Source: Macrostomum lignano (taxonomy: Eukaryota). Taken from it: a DNA stretch of 64,000 bases. Within the stretch, counting starts at the first letter, position 1. Every line of letters starts with the position of its first letter. The position numbers were made by a program, and so were the translations under genes. Under the pieces are notes generated by a model. The model was given only the letters and a program-made list of their open reading frames with translations. It made no database searches and was not told the origin of the DNA. This document shows, piece after piece, positions 24,801-35,317 of this stretch. The stretch lies in the NCBI GenBank assembly GCA_002269645.1, contig NIVC01000376.1, forward strand, positions 1-64,000. Direction: 5' to 3'.

Positions 24801-25030
24801 TCTGTCCATCAATCTACATGTATGAAGGGCGCCTCTCTAACTGCTTCTGTCCATCAATCTACATGTATGAAGGGCGCCTCTCTAACTGCTTCTGTCCATC
24901 AATCTACATGTATGAAGGGCGCCTCTCTAACTGTTTCTGTCCATCAATCTACATGTATGAAGGGCGTCTCTCTAACTGTTTCTGTCCATCAATCTACATG
25001 TATTAAGGGCGCCTCTCTGCATTTGTCTAT
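21810..25030. repeat. 45-bp satellite (48-bp variants) with higher-order structure
   Basis: Unit ATCAATCTACATGTATGAAGGGCGCCTCTCTAACTGCTTCTGTCC; some units carry a GAA insertion. The 1075-aa and 756-aa ORFs are repeat translations. Confidence 0.97.
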
Positions 25031-26962
25031 CAATTTATCTGGGAGTAGCTAGGCGACTCTCCACCGCCTTGTATAGTTCTCCATCCTACCATCATATAAT
25101 TTGTCAGATCTTTGAAATTTCCCCGTTCTGATAGGGCCTAGCATATATCTGTTTCTTTTCTAACAAGGGTTTTACTAAATGTATTTTATTGTAGTCATAT
25201 TATTAAATTTTATATTTTGCCTTTGGCTTTGCTCGTATTACTTACAGTTACAATACTCGTAATTGTACTTATTTACAATTAAATTAAATTAGACGCTTAC
25301 TAGGCCTTTTACTCTTCAATTATACAGTAAAGCGGCAACCATTAGGCCTAGTAGGCCGCCTAGCTTGGCCTGTCTTGTTGATTCGATCTTCTTTTCTATG
25401 TTGCAGAATTCTGAAAAGAAAATGTATATGGAATTATATGTCGCTTTTAGCTACTGTTAGTAGAAATAAAAGCATTTAATAGGAATATTTTGTCAAAATG
25501 GAAAAATCCTCCTATGTATTTTGCATTAAAATTGGCTTTTTTTTAAGCAAAAAATATTTGCAATTACGTGGCTTAAATGAGTTGCTCTTTTAAAAAAAAG
25601 ATCTTATTCAATGTAAGGTAGAAGAATCAAGCGAGAAATAAGTTTTTTTGGACAATTTTTGTTCGTTCGGTTTTGAAGATTCTTCTGTTCGGTTGATGAT
25701 TCTGAAATCTGAAAACCGAACCAAACATGTAATTTGGTATCATCAACCGAACACTAGAATTTTTTGCTTAACTATACATCAGATTGGTATGTGTGTTATA
25801 TTACTTTGTAGAAAATTTAACACTGAATTCAAAAAGTATTTTGTTTTGAATGTAAGTTAAAAATTGTGGTCTGTAGACCAATTCTTCTGCAGACATCCCA
25901 AATCAAGAAAAAACTCTGAAACGCGTATTTCTTTAATAATTTCTATCAATAATGCTCATTTTCTCGAGTATCTATTGAGTAGATTGTCTAAACTTTATCT
26001 CATTTTGTAGATGAGAATGTTTTCTTTCAAATGATATGGCACTTTTATAGACTCTTTAAATATATTTCCAATGAGACAGTAAAAACGAAAGTCACTTGCA
26101 TGTTCGGTTTTGAAGATCCCTTGTTCGGTTGATGAGATCTTACCCTAGGCCTAGCAAAGAAGTATAGTTGCAATTACTTTCAACGAAAAGTAAACAAATA
26201 GCAAACTTTTACACATACGCCCTAGTAACTGAAACTGGGAAATTCGTGTTTAAGTTTCAGCTCAATTTTTGTCTGCCTCTGAAAAAGAGTGCATCTTATA
26301 GCTCAGATATTCCGAAGAACGAAGCTCTCTTAGTCGTACGTAAGGCACCGGACATATTAAGCAGGCCACTATTTAGTTGTTAGCAGGCAGTTTAAAATTT
26401 GTGAAACATATACATGCATAATTTATTACCTGCTCTTTAAATTATTGCTTCCATTAGAATACACACAAGTAAGATTACGTGCAAGTAGCTAGTTAGATTT
26501 TTGTTATACTTTTATTTATATTTGCATAATTTAAAATGAAAGCATTAAATTCCTAAGTGAACTCAAGTATTCATAGCCTGACGTAAGTATAAGAGTTAGA
26601 AACCTGAAGTTTTACTCTAAGTTAGAAGATAGGTAGAAAGTTTATGAAATGCCCAGGCGCAGTGAAGGGCGAAGCAGAAGAGCACAATGGAACCCCTAAA
26701 GCTATTAGAAGGCCAAACAGAAGCAGCTTTAATATAATTAATCATCTACAAGTCAATTTGAATAGCCAAATCTAATAAAGCCCCCTTCCATTCCAGTCAG
26801 TAGCGAAGCTGGAGTGTGCCAGAACCAGGACTGAGTCTGAGCAGGACGAGACCGTTGGCACGGTCACAATAGAAATGGCGGGTTGGCGAAGCAAAGGGTG
26901 AAACAGTCACGGCGATTAGCCCTCCTGCCGCTTCAAAGATAAGAGACTGTCTGTTGGCAAGA

Positions 26963-27277
26963 GTACCCGGGGTTTAGTTGGGGGGGAGGCTCCTTCGGGT
27001 TGCCCCGGCCGTGGGGGGCGGTCAAATGACCGGCATTGGCTTATCTAACCCAGGAGTAGGCACGGGCTTCCCTGAATGGTTCACTCAACCCCCTCTGGCC
27101 CCGGGGAGGTTTTTGATATGTACCCGGGGGTGGTGGGCGGTCGGCCCCAGCATGGTTGCCACGGCTCTAGGCCTTCGGGCCATCCCTAATAGGCTAAGGG
27201 GCCTTCTAACCTGTTTTTTTGGGCACGGGCTCCTGACTGGTTCGTCGAACCGCTGTCACTGTCCCCCGGGGAGGTTT
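26963..27277 (+). ncRNA. Candidate structured RNA, two diverged tandem units (family unassigned)
   Basis: Two ~150-nt units share six ordered motifs, each has a cUUCGg hairpin, and stems are preserved despite different sequence. No expression evidence. Confidence 0.35.
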
Positions 27278-30200
27278 GGATTTTATGTTATTGCCCTGTA
27301 CAGTCCTCTATAGTCTAATTGGCTTTTAGTGTACATTAGTACACTCCCAATCTGGAATCTAAATTATCTCTAGTGTCGTAAGAGCCTTTTTACTTAGGCT
27401 GAGGCGCCGGAAGTACTTATCATAGTCATAGTCATAGTCCAGTCAGTAGCGACACCCCACCGCAGGAACAATGGCGACTAAACCAGCCGGGAAAATCAAA
27501 CTGAGCAGCGGCCCGACTCAGAGAACGACGCGGCACGCGGCAGACTCTGGCGCACCCTGAGGGAGAAAACGTGAGGCCCACCTACGGATTCCTACCCAAC
27601 CTGAACCGGCCCAAGAAAGTGAGATCAAACCCAAACAGCTTGACAACCGAGAGAGAGAGAGGACTGTTTAATCATCCATGGACAGAGTTAAGAGACGGAA
27701 AATTAAGCTCTTTTTCTATAATCTTTCTATCCCGAATTTTACCCAACGATCGATCAACACATTGATTTGCGAAACCTAGCTCTTCTTCTACAAATTAGCC
27801 CGTACAAAAAAATCCGACGTCAGTCTGCGGTCGGTTCGACGCAATTCGAGCCGCGCACCACAACTGCCCGGCTCACAACCAGACAGTCGAGCTACTGATG
27901 CGAGCCGCTGCTCGGCTCAGCCAGACTAATTAACAGCTCTTGTTTGCGTAAAAACTACTTTCTTCCCTATTCTACTACTCGCCATGCACACTGCTATCCA
28001 ACAATGCACCACTAAGTTCCTAATGCTACCGCAATTCCGGGTGCCAAATCCTAAAATATTACTGCTCCTATAATGCTAACTAAAAGCTCTATTGTTCTAC
28101 CTATAACCCCTAAACTTCTGATTGCTAAATCTAGGCTCACTAGTTCTACATGTACACACCTAGCTTCTATAGAGGCCCAACCTGTCATAATATATACTGT
28201 ACAAGTAGAAAAGTACATGTACATACATTAGCGTACACATGCGGTAGTGGCGTGCTGCTGCAGTAGCGCTGAGAGTCCGGCAGCAGCTGGCACGGTAACC
28301 CTGTGGAGCAGTTGGCTCAATCGACGACCTCCTCGGACACCGGCTCTAGAGCAGGCACATGGCGAGTCCATGTGATGAGAGGTGTTAGTCGTAGGGACGC
28401 CCACACGGTGGGAGACGAGTTCTCGAGCTGGCAGTTGAGAGCGGGCTCTGGCCTCGGCCACGACAGCGGCCTCTGCCGCCTCTGGCTGGCGCAGACCCGC
28501 CACCCCGGGCGAAAGTGGCCTCTATGAGAGGCGGCGCGACGGTCCCAGCGCGAGGTCTAATAATGAATTGGCCATCAGTGCGAGCCACTATTTCCGTGGC
28601 TAGCACTGAGAAGGTGCCGTGTAGGATCTTCATGTCCAGCACATTAGCTTTTTGAGGGAGCTTTCATAAATTCGGCCCTCGTGACTTATATACATAAATT
28701 AATATAACTCCCTCAGAAGGCAAATCTTACACATATTGGACTGGACATAAATATTGTCCTCCGCGTGTCTATATAACACCAAAAATCAAGAGGCATAAAG
28801 TGCCTATACAGTATTTTTGGCTTCAGGTAAAGATTAAACCTATTTTTACAATTTATTCTCACTCAGTGAAACCCAGCTAGCAGAGATATTATGCATAATA
28901 ACACGCAGATTCTAATTTCATTTTCTTCGAACTAATTAGCGATTAAGAGCTATAAGTACGAGATATATGTAACGAATATTAAAATAAAGCTATAATCAAA
29001 CTCCAATTTTATAAAATAAAAACGATTTTCAAAAATCTTTTAATCTCGATATCGATTAAGCTAAAAGTAGCTAAAATAAAGTACCCAACCAACTCCTTAA
29101 TTCCATTATCTTTCAAATTATGATTAATTGTATTTCAGTTGTATCAAAAAGCTAGAAGTATCGAAAATCTTCCCTGTCAATTTCACTACTGTGTACTCGT
29201 ACCTATGCTAGACTATGCTAGATATTAGCTAGATTATGACAGGAACTCAATGCCAGTCGACTCGAAAAACTGGAAAGAATTGCACTGTATCGCACTGAAT
29301 GTCGGTGAATGTACAAGATCCTTCCCACCCAATGTAAAAGTACATATTGATGCAACATCGCCTACGTCGGATTGCTGCAGTACATACGGGAATCGGTGCA
29401 AACTTACCAAACCAGCTCTTTCAGAATCGGATTTCTATTTAAGCTAAATGTAACCCACCAATGATAATGTATTTTACTGTACTTTCAGTTTCTACGACAA
29501 AACCAATAGCTTGTCAAAATCTGTCAAGCGTCTGAGGAAGGAAAGGGGCACAAATATTGAGATACACAAATAGGAGAAAACCCAGCGCTTGCTACTAGCA
29601 GTAGAGCGCACAGATATTTGCATCTTCTTATGACCGCAGGTCTACTAAGTTTCGCAGTTTTGAGTCCCAGACTCCCCAGCCCCAGATGAACACTCCGAAA
29701 CCCTAGAGGGCAAGTCTCCTGGTGGACTTGCGATCGTACGATCGTACAAGTGTAAAGTAAGATGTTTAGTACATAAGGAGGCAGCAACAAAGCATTTAAT
29801 ATTTAATTAGAGTTAATTTTTATAGCACACAGAGAGTAAAGACTTGCGTTTAATTTTCAGCAACATGCTGAGCAAAACAGAAACTGCAGTCCTCATCTCA
29901 GATTTTGAACGCTGAACTGTGTACTTGAAAATAAACACCTATAGTCATGTCATGAATTAAAAGTACAATTAATCAAATGAAGTGTTTTAGAAAATTTTAG
30001 GGCTTGCTGAACCTGATGTCCATTGTAATACATGTATGAGCTAAATAGCTTTTGACAGGAATTAAAGCATGACATTAGACCGCTATAATAATGTTAATGA
30101 TGTTACAGAGCCTGAAAACGTAATGTACAATTGTACATGTGCCAAAAATTGTGGGGCAGGAATAATGAACTGATGACAGCTTTTCACTCGATCGAATAGT

Positions 30201-30300
30201 TTGAACAAGTACACATAAACAGTTAATGAATGTACTGTTAAAATTAGCTAGTTCTTACGGGCGTATGTGTTAAATAGTACTTGTAAGTGCAGTTGTAATA

Positions 30301-32403
30301 TTATATTGCTCCATCGTGCTCGAATTCCAGCATATTTGGCTTCGATCGTGGTTGTTGTTGTTCTTGTTGTTGCTGCTGCTGCTGCTGCCGATTCGGGGAA
30401 CTGTTCTTGCTTACATGCACGTGCACGTGCACCTGAACACTGAAGCCGGAGTCACCGCCCGTGTTTGCCTGACGCTGGTTATTCGACGCGTTTGAGGAAC
30501 TCGAGCCAATATTGTCCAGCTCGAAGTTACGACAGATCTCCCTTGTCATCTCTTCGATTATGCTCTGATCTTGGGAGGCGTTCTCATCCGTCGTATCCTC
30601 TCGCCAAAGCTTTTCCTTCTGCGGCTTCTCCGTTTCCGGTCGGTTAAGATTGTTTTGCGATGCACTGCTGGCACCACCTTTGCTGTCGTGCTCATCATAC
30701 AGAACCTCCTCGTCTGAGGCCGCTGAACTGTCGCTTTTCGATTCGTGATCACTGTCGAACACCATTGTGTAGTCTCGACAAAATTCTGTTTCAGGGCGTC
30801 CTGCTCCCTTCGGTTCCTGCGTCGATGCAGTTGGTGGACGCGACTGTCGAGACTGTGGTTCTGCTTGCCGCTGCGTCTGCTGTTGTTGCTGTCGAGATGG
30901 ACCGGAGGCAGTTTTCTGTCTAGCAGAAGCAACTGGTGCCTGCCGAGCTGCCACAGTCTGCGGTCTACGTGAAGCTGCATCGCCCGCTTGCGCCTGCGTT
31001 GGCTGCGAAGATTGCTTGCTGTCAGAAGCAGTTGTAGGCTTGCTAGCAGTTGGTGGTCTATTGGCTGCGGCAGTTGGTGGTCTGCTGGCTGCGGCAGTTG
31101 GTGGTCTGTTGGCTGTGGCTGTTGGTGGTCTGCTGGCTGCGGCAGTTGGTGGTCTATTGGCTACGGCAGTTGGTGGTCTATTGGCTGCGGCAGTTGGTGG
31201 TCTGCTGGCTGCGGCAGTTGGTGGTCTGTTGGCTGCGGCAGTTGGTCTGCTGGCTGCGGCAGTTGGTGGTCTATTGGCTGCGGCAGTTGGTGGTCTGTTG
31301 GCTGCGGCAGTTAGTGGTCTGCTGGCTGCGGCAGTTGTTGGCCTGCTAACTGTAGTTGTAGTAGTAGTCGTCGTTGAGGTCTGTCTACTGGCTGCAGTAG
31401 TAGCAGTTGTCGTTTGTTTGCTTGAAGCAGCGCTCGTCGGTCGGCTAGTTCCAGTGGCGGTCTGATTTCTGGCTGCAGCTGTCGTGGGTCGACTTCCAAC
31501 GACAGAAGTGCCAGATTCCTTCGGTTTCTGTTGCTGTTGTTTCTGCTTTTCTTCCGAATGCTTCGCCGGCTGCGGCTGAATCTTAGAAGCTTCCATTGCG
31601 ACCGGCGCTTCTGTCGTCTCTGTATCAGCAGGCGGAGTCTTAGTTTTCCCTGTTGTTACAGGCTCTTTTCCACCAGATGGAGTAGACTCCGCCTTATTAG
31701 TTGCTGTTTCATCAGTAATCGTTGCTGTTGTTGTTGCAACAGCGACACTTGCAGAAGTTGGTGCTGCACTAGTTGCGACAGAGCCCTCCTCCGCGATGCC
31801 TTCCATGGGAAACGGAGACTTTGGACTCGCAGTTCGATTAAACAGATCGTCCAGCGATGCAATACCGCCGCCGCCGCCTCCTCCGCTCTTTTCATTATCT
31901 TTTAACTGCTCAATCGACTCATCTGAGAAGTCGAACGCATTATTAACCTTCCAAGTCGGACTCAGCTGCATTCGTTGCTGCTGCTCCTTAACCGGCAGAG
32001 AGTTTCTCCTGCCACCGTTTTGAATCGCATTCACTAGCGAATTTCGTCGCTGTCCTGATGCCGTCGATGGTCGCGACATTCGTAAAGCAACGCTGCTGTC
32101 TCCGCCAGCAATGCTGCCATTTTTACTAACAAGGGTGACGGCCATTGACGATCGCCGGTCAGATGAGCGGTGGCTGGTCGACAGGCTTGTCGTGTCATCG
32201 TCTGAAGCCACTTTGCGCAGATTCTGCATGATGTTGGCGTATAGACGACGATTCATTTCGGCTACCACGTTTTCAACCGGCTTCTGTCTGTCCAGGTAAA
32301 TCTTATAGTCCAGCCCGATCACTAGCAGTACGACTATGAAGAAAACACCTGCGCCCAGTAGGAGGCCGCCAAGACGACCGAACAGCATTAGCCGGACCTC
32401 AAC
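30301..32403 (-). CDS. Orphan two-TM membrane protein, exon 2 (second TM helix, long disordered tail with RPPTAAA repeats)
   Basis: Acceptor caccgcAG|GTT at 32404/32403, in frame with the 724-codon ORF. TM-like LGGLLLGAGVFFIVVLLVIGL. GC-rich, coding-like composition. Stop TAA at 30301-30303. Confidence 0.8.
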   Translation of the reverse strand, partial: VEVRLMLFGRLGGLLLGAGVFFIVVLLVIGLDYKIYLDRQKPVENVVAEMNRRLYANIMQNLRKVASDDDTTSLSTSHRSSDRRSSMAVTLVSKNGSIAGGDSSVALRMSRPSTASGQRRNSLVNAIQNGGRRNSLPVKEQQQRMQLSPTWKVNNAFDFSDESIEQLKDNEKSGGGGGGGIASLDDLFNRTASPKSPFPMEGIAEEGSVATSAAPTSASVAVATTTATITDETATNKAESTPSGGKEPVTTGKTKTPPADTETTEAPVAMEASKIQPQPAKHSEEKQKQQQQKPKESGTSVVGSRPTTAAARNQTATGTSRPTSAASSKQTTTATTAASRQTSTTTTTTTTVSRPTTAAASRPLTAAANRPPTAAANRPPTAAASRPTAAANRPPTAAASRPPTAAANRPPTAVANRPPTAAASRPPTATANRPPTAAASRPPTAAANRPPTASKPTTASDSKQSSQPTQAQAGDAASRRPQTVAARQAPVASARQKTASGPSRQQQQQTQRQAEPQSRQSRPPTASTQEPKGAGRPETEFCRDYTMVFDSDHESKSDSSAASDEEVLYDEHDSKGGASSASQNNLNRPETEKPQKEKLWREDTTDENASQDQSIIEEMTREICRNFELDNIGSSSSNASNNQRQANTGGDSGFSVQVHVHVHVSKNSSPNRQQQQQQQQEQQQPRSKPNMLEFEHDGAI

Positions 32404-32887
32404 CTGCGGTGAATTTACAAGGTTTAAAGCTTGTAATTTCAACCAATTTAACAACACCAACACTGAGTGTTTCATATCAATAAAATCTGTGTATCATTGA
32501 TATTGGCAAACAAAAAACTATGCAGAAAATTCTAAGCCACGATCTTGAAACCTCAAAGTCTTAATTCCCACGAGTCGACGCTGACGCGCTCGACACCGTC
32601 AATGGGCCGGACTTTTCCGCTTGCTGGCGCTTCGGTGTGCCATCTGACGCTGTCTCCACTGACTTACTGGGGGACAGTGCATGTTGTTGTTGTTGCTGTT
32701 GATATTGTTGTTATTGTTAGGTACACTTGGTGTTAACATTGTTGAGAGATTGATTTACTTGTAAGTTGTATCAAAGATATATTCATTATAAGCTTGAATT
32801 GATAGCAATGTCTTTGCGACGAAATAGTGTTGCTAAATATGTCCCCAGCGCGAACAAAACTTGCAAAAGGCTTGGGCTTTTTATTAC

Positions 32888-33370
32888 CTGCACAAGTTCG
32901 CTCGCACTTAAGCCAGCGTAGTCCTGCTTCAGCCGTTCCTGCGTCGGCAGGCCGTAGGCCGCCAGACCGACTCCCGTGATGCACAGAGCGGCGCCGAAGA
33001 CGGCCAGACCGACCGCGGTAAAGAACTGACATCGGAACTGGCGCTCCTCGTCGCGACGCGCCTGTAGCAGAACTCGATTGGCCGACTGTGGCCGGCTACC
33101 GGAGGCGGCCGCCTGCGACTGGCGACGGCGCAGAGACGCTCGCGACTGCGCCAACGAACGCAAAACCGCAGCGGATGCTGCCACAGAAGCTCTGCGAGAT
33201 TCCAAAGAGGGCTGCTGCTGCTCCTGATGCTGCTGGTGCTCCTGTTGCTGCTGCTGCTCCTGTTGCTGCTGCTGCTCCTGTTGCTGCTGCTGCTCCTGTT
33301 GCTGCTGCTGCTCCTGTTGCTGCTGCTGCTCTTGTGGGAGCGGGTCGTTCAACGGAGCTACAGCTGTCAT
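32888..33370 (-). CDS. Orphan two-TM membrane protein, exon 1 (poly-Q/E repeat, first TM helix)
   Basis: ATG at 33370 (MTAVAPLND...). QEQQQQ 18-bp repeats. TM-like FFTAVGLAVFGAALCITGVGLAAYGL. Phase-0 donor CAG|GTAATA at 32888/32887. Confidence 0.7.
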
Positions 33371-34057
33371 GCTGTAGACCAAGGCTTAAACGCTGCTAAA
33401 GTCTGTGTCTACTTCGGGTAAACCCTCTGAAAAAGTATTCAAGCTACTGCGATCGCAGTCAGATAGAATTGAACCCGCGGTGCTTGGAAGCGAGACTTAA
33501 GTACAGAAATGGGAACTGAAACAGGCTGTGGCCCGGTGTCTCCCTGCCTGCCTTTTACTCCTGGTCTCGGTCTGATGGCTGTCCCCCCCCAGCCATCAAC
33601 TCTTCCCCTTAATACCCATCTCCTCCTCTCTTCCCATTCTACTCCACGCCCCATTGTCTAGAGTACTTGCAGGCGCTTGCTAAGCTGCTTGCATGCATTC
33701 CCAGCATCATCACCCAGAAAAAATCGTCGTTACCTGCGCGCTTTGCTTTTTCCCTTGACTCCCCCAGCGCCAGGCAACCACCTGCACAGGCCCTCCTTCA
33801 ATTCCGTCCTCGCCCACAGCCAACTCTCTCTATCCTCTCTTGCTTCCGCAGTGTTGCCATGACAATCTTATGGTTGCACCCAGAAAGAGCTCTACTATTT
33901 AGCCATTGGGGAGGCAGAAAGTTTCCTAGAAAGGAGGCAAGGAAGAGAAGATGGGCACTTGGTAGACTTTGGTAGACTTTGAGGAAAATTAAGTAGGGAA
34001 GTGTGACTCAATAATCGATATCAAGATGTATAAAACGGAGAAGAGAAATATTCAACT

Positions 34058-35317
34058 CAGGGACAACTTAAACTACCGGGACGCGAAACAAGCCAAATCA
34101 TGGCGAAAAAAGTTGGGGGCTCGTTCATTCTATGGTCCTGTAGCTGAGATACTTTAATTAGATTGGAAAATGAAATTAGAATTGGTGCAGAAATGTCGTG
34201 ACAATTTTTTCTTATAAAACTAGCAAGTCGTAGTGAATTCTGAATAATACACACAAAACGTCGCTGATAGTGGACTCCTTTTCAGTGGCTTTGTCTTTTA
34301 ACTTGTCTTTTAAGCAACAAGAAACGATATGAATGCTGAATATCAGATTGAAGAAGACGTTGAATTGCTGGAAGAAGGTGGAATCGGTGAATTTGAAGCA
34401 GAATTCGATAAAGATATCATGGAACAGCAGCCTCGGCAGTGCGCTATTGTAAGCAACAGTGACAGAGACCGTAACATCAGGGCTGCTGATCGTGAGGATG
34501 ACTTTGTGGAACTGGCGCGCCAACTTGAAGTCAAGAGGTCAACAGCGTACACGAGTGTGAGGTCAGGGAGAGCGGAAAAGCAGCCTACGAGCTTCCGGAC
34601 TCCATTCAGGTCAAGCGGCTTCCATCCTACCACCATTTTGACTCCTGTGGAGAACTCAATCTCCTGTTGGAAGGCCGCTCTGAAGAGAGAACTGGCAGCA
34701 GACCAGCAAAATTTCATCGCTCCGATAGCTGAGTAGCACGGCAATCAGTCAATGGCGGCCTATCGGTGAGACATTCTGTACAACATGGTGGACAGAACCA
34801 TTGGCTGCATCTCTGTGGACAAGAGCACTGAGTGGTTCAACAACCATGTGTTTACATGCTTCCCTCGCTGCCTTGGTGGACAGGCAATTGATGGTTAGGT
34901 GTCTCAAGTTGGCCAACTGACACTGTCTTGTTCCTTTTTTTCATTTTACTCTTATGTTCGTCGATATGTTGTGTTTTATCCCTTTGTCGAAATAGAATGT
35001 GACTTTGTTTCTTTTGAATTTCAAATCTGCGCATGTGCGTCATTCGGGGACAATTTTGGCCACAGACAGTCTGAATTGAAGTTCTTCTGTTTCAATAGAA
35101 AGGGACTTTGTTTGAATTGAAGTTCTGCTTGTTTATTTTGAACAAGACTGTTCAAAATAGGAGATAAAATGGTGTAGAACGAAGAAGGCTCGTATCACAA
35201 AACAAAAACATTAAATTTTGCCCAGCCATAGACAAATGAACGAGCCCCCCCCCCCCAACTTTTTTCGCCTGCATGATTATGGCTTGTTTCGCGTCCCGGT
35301 AGTTTAAGTTGTCCGTG
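34058..35317. mobile_element. 1260-bp hAT-like TIR element
   Basis: Long imperfect TIRs (~80-90 bp) beginning CAGGGACAACTTAAACTACCGGGACGCGAAACAAGCCA. Perfect 8-bp TSD ATTCAACT at 34050-57 and 35318-25. Confidence 0.85.
34329..34736 (+). pseudogene. Internally deleted, frameshifted IS630/Tc1-like transposase remnant
   Basis: HTH-like REDDFVELARQLEVKRSTAY, then across a frameshift at ~34630 IQVKRLPSY-PFLTPVENSISCWKAALKRE. This resembles the LPPYSPFLNPIE signature of IS630/Tc1 (DDE_3) enzymes. Most of the catalytic core is missing. Confidence 0.6.

Larger units (their letters stand above)
9803..26147. mobile_element. Putative 16.3-kb non-autonomous TIR DNA transposon carrying satellite arrays
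   Basis: TAGGGTAAGATCTCATCAACCGAACA at 9803-9828 and its exact reverse complement at 26122-26147. AACCGAAC motifs cluster near both ends. No transposase ORF inside. Confidence 0.55.

Noticed and set aside
21825-25052. 1075-aa and 756-aa Cys/Ser-rich ORFs
   Set aside because: They are open only because the units are 45 or 48 bp. There is no unique flanking coding sequence or signal peptide.
28228-28642. GC-rich short ORFs with an RG-rich stretch and Cys/His residues (possible gag remnant)
   Set aside because: Interrupted by stops, with no complete zinc knuckle or neighbouring retroelement features.
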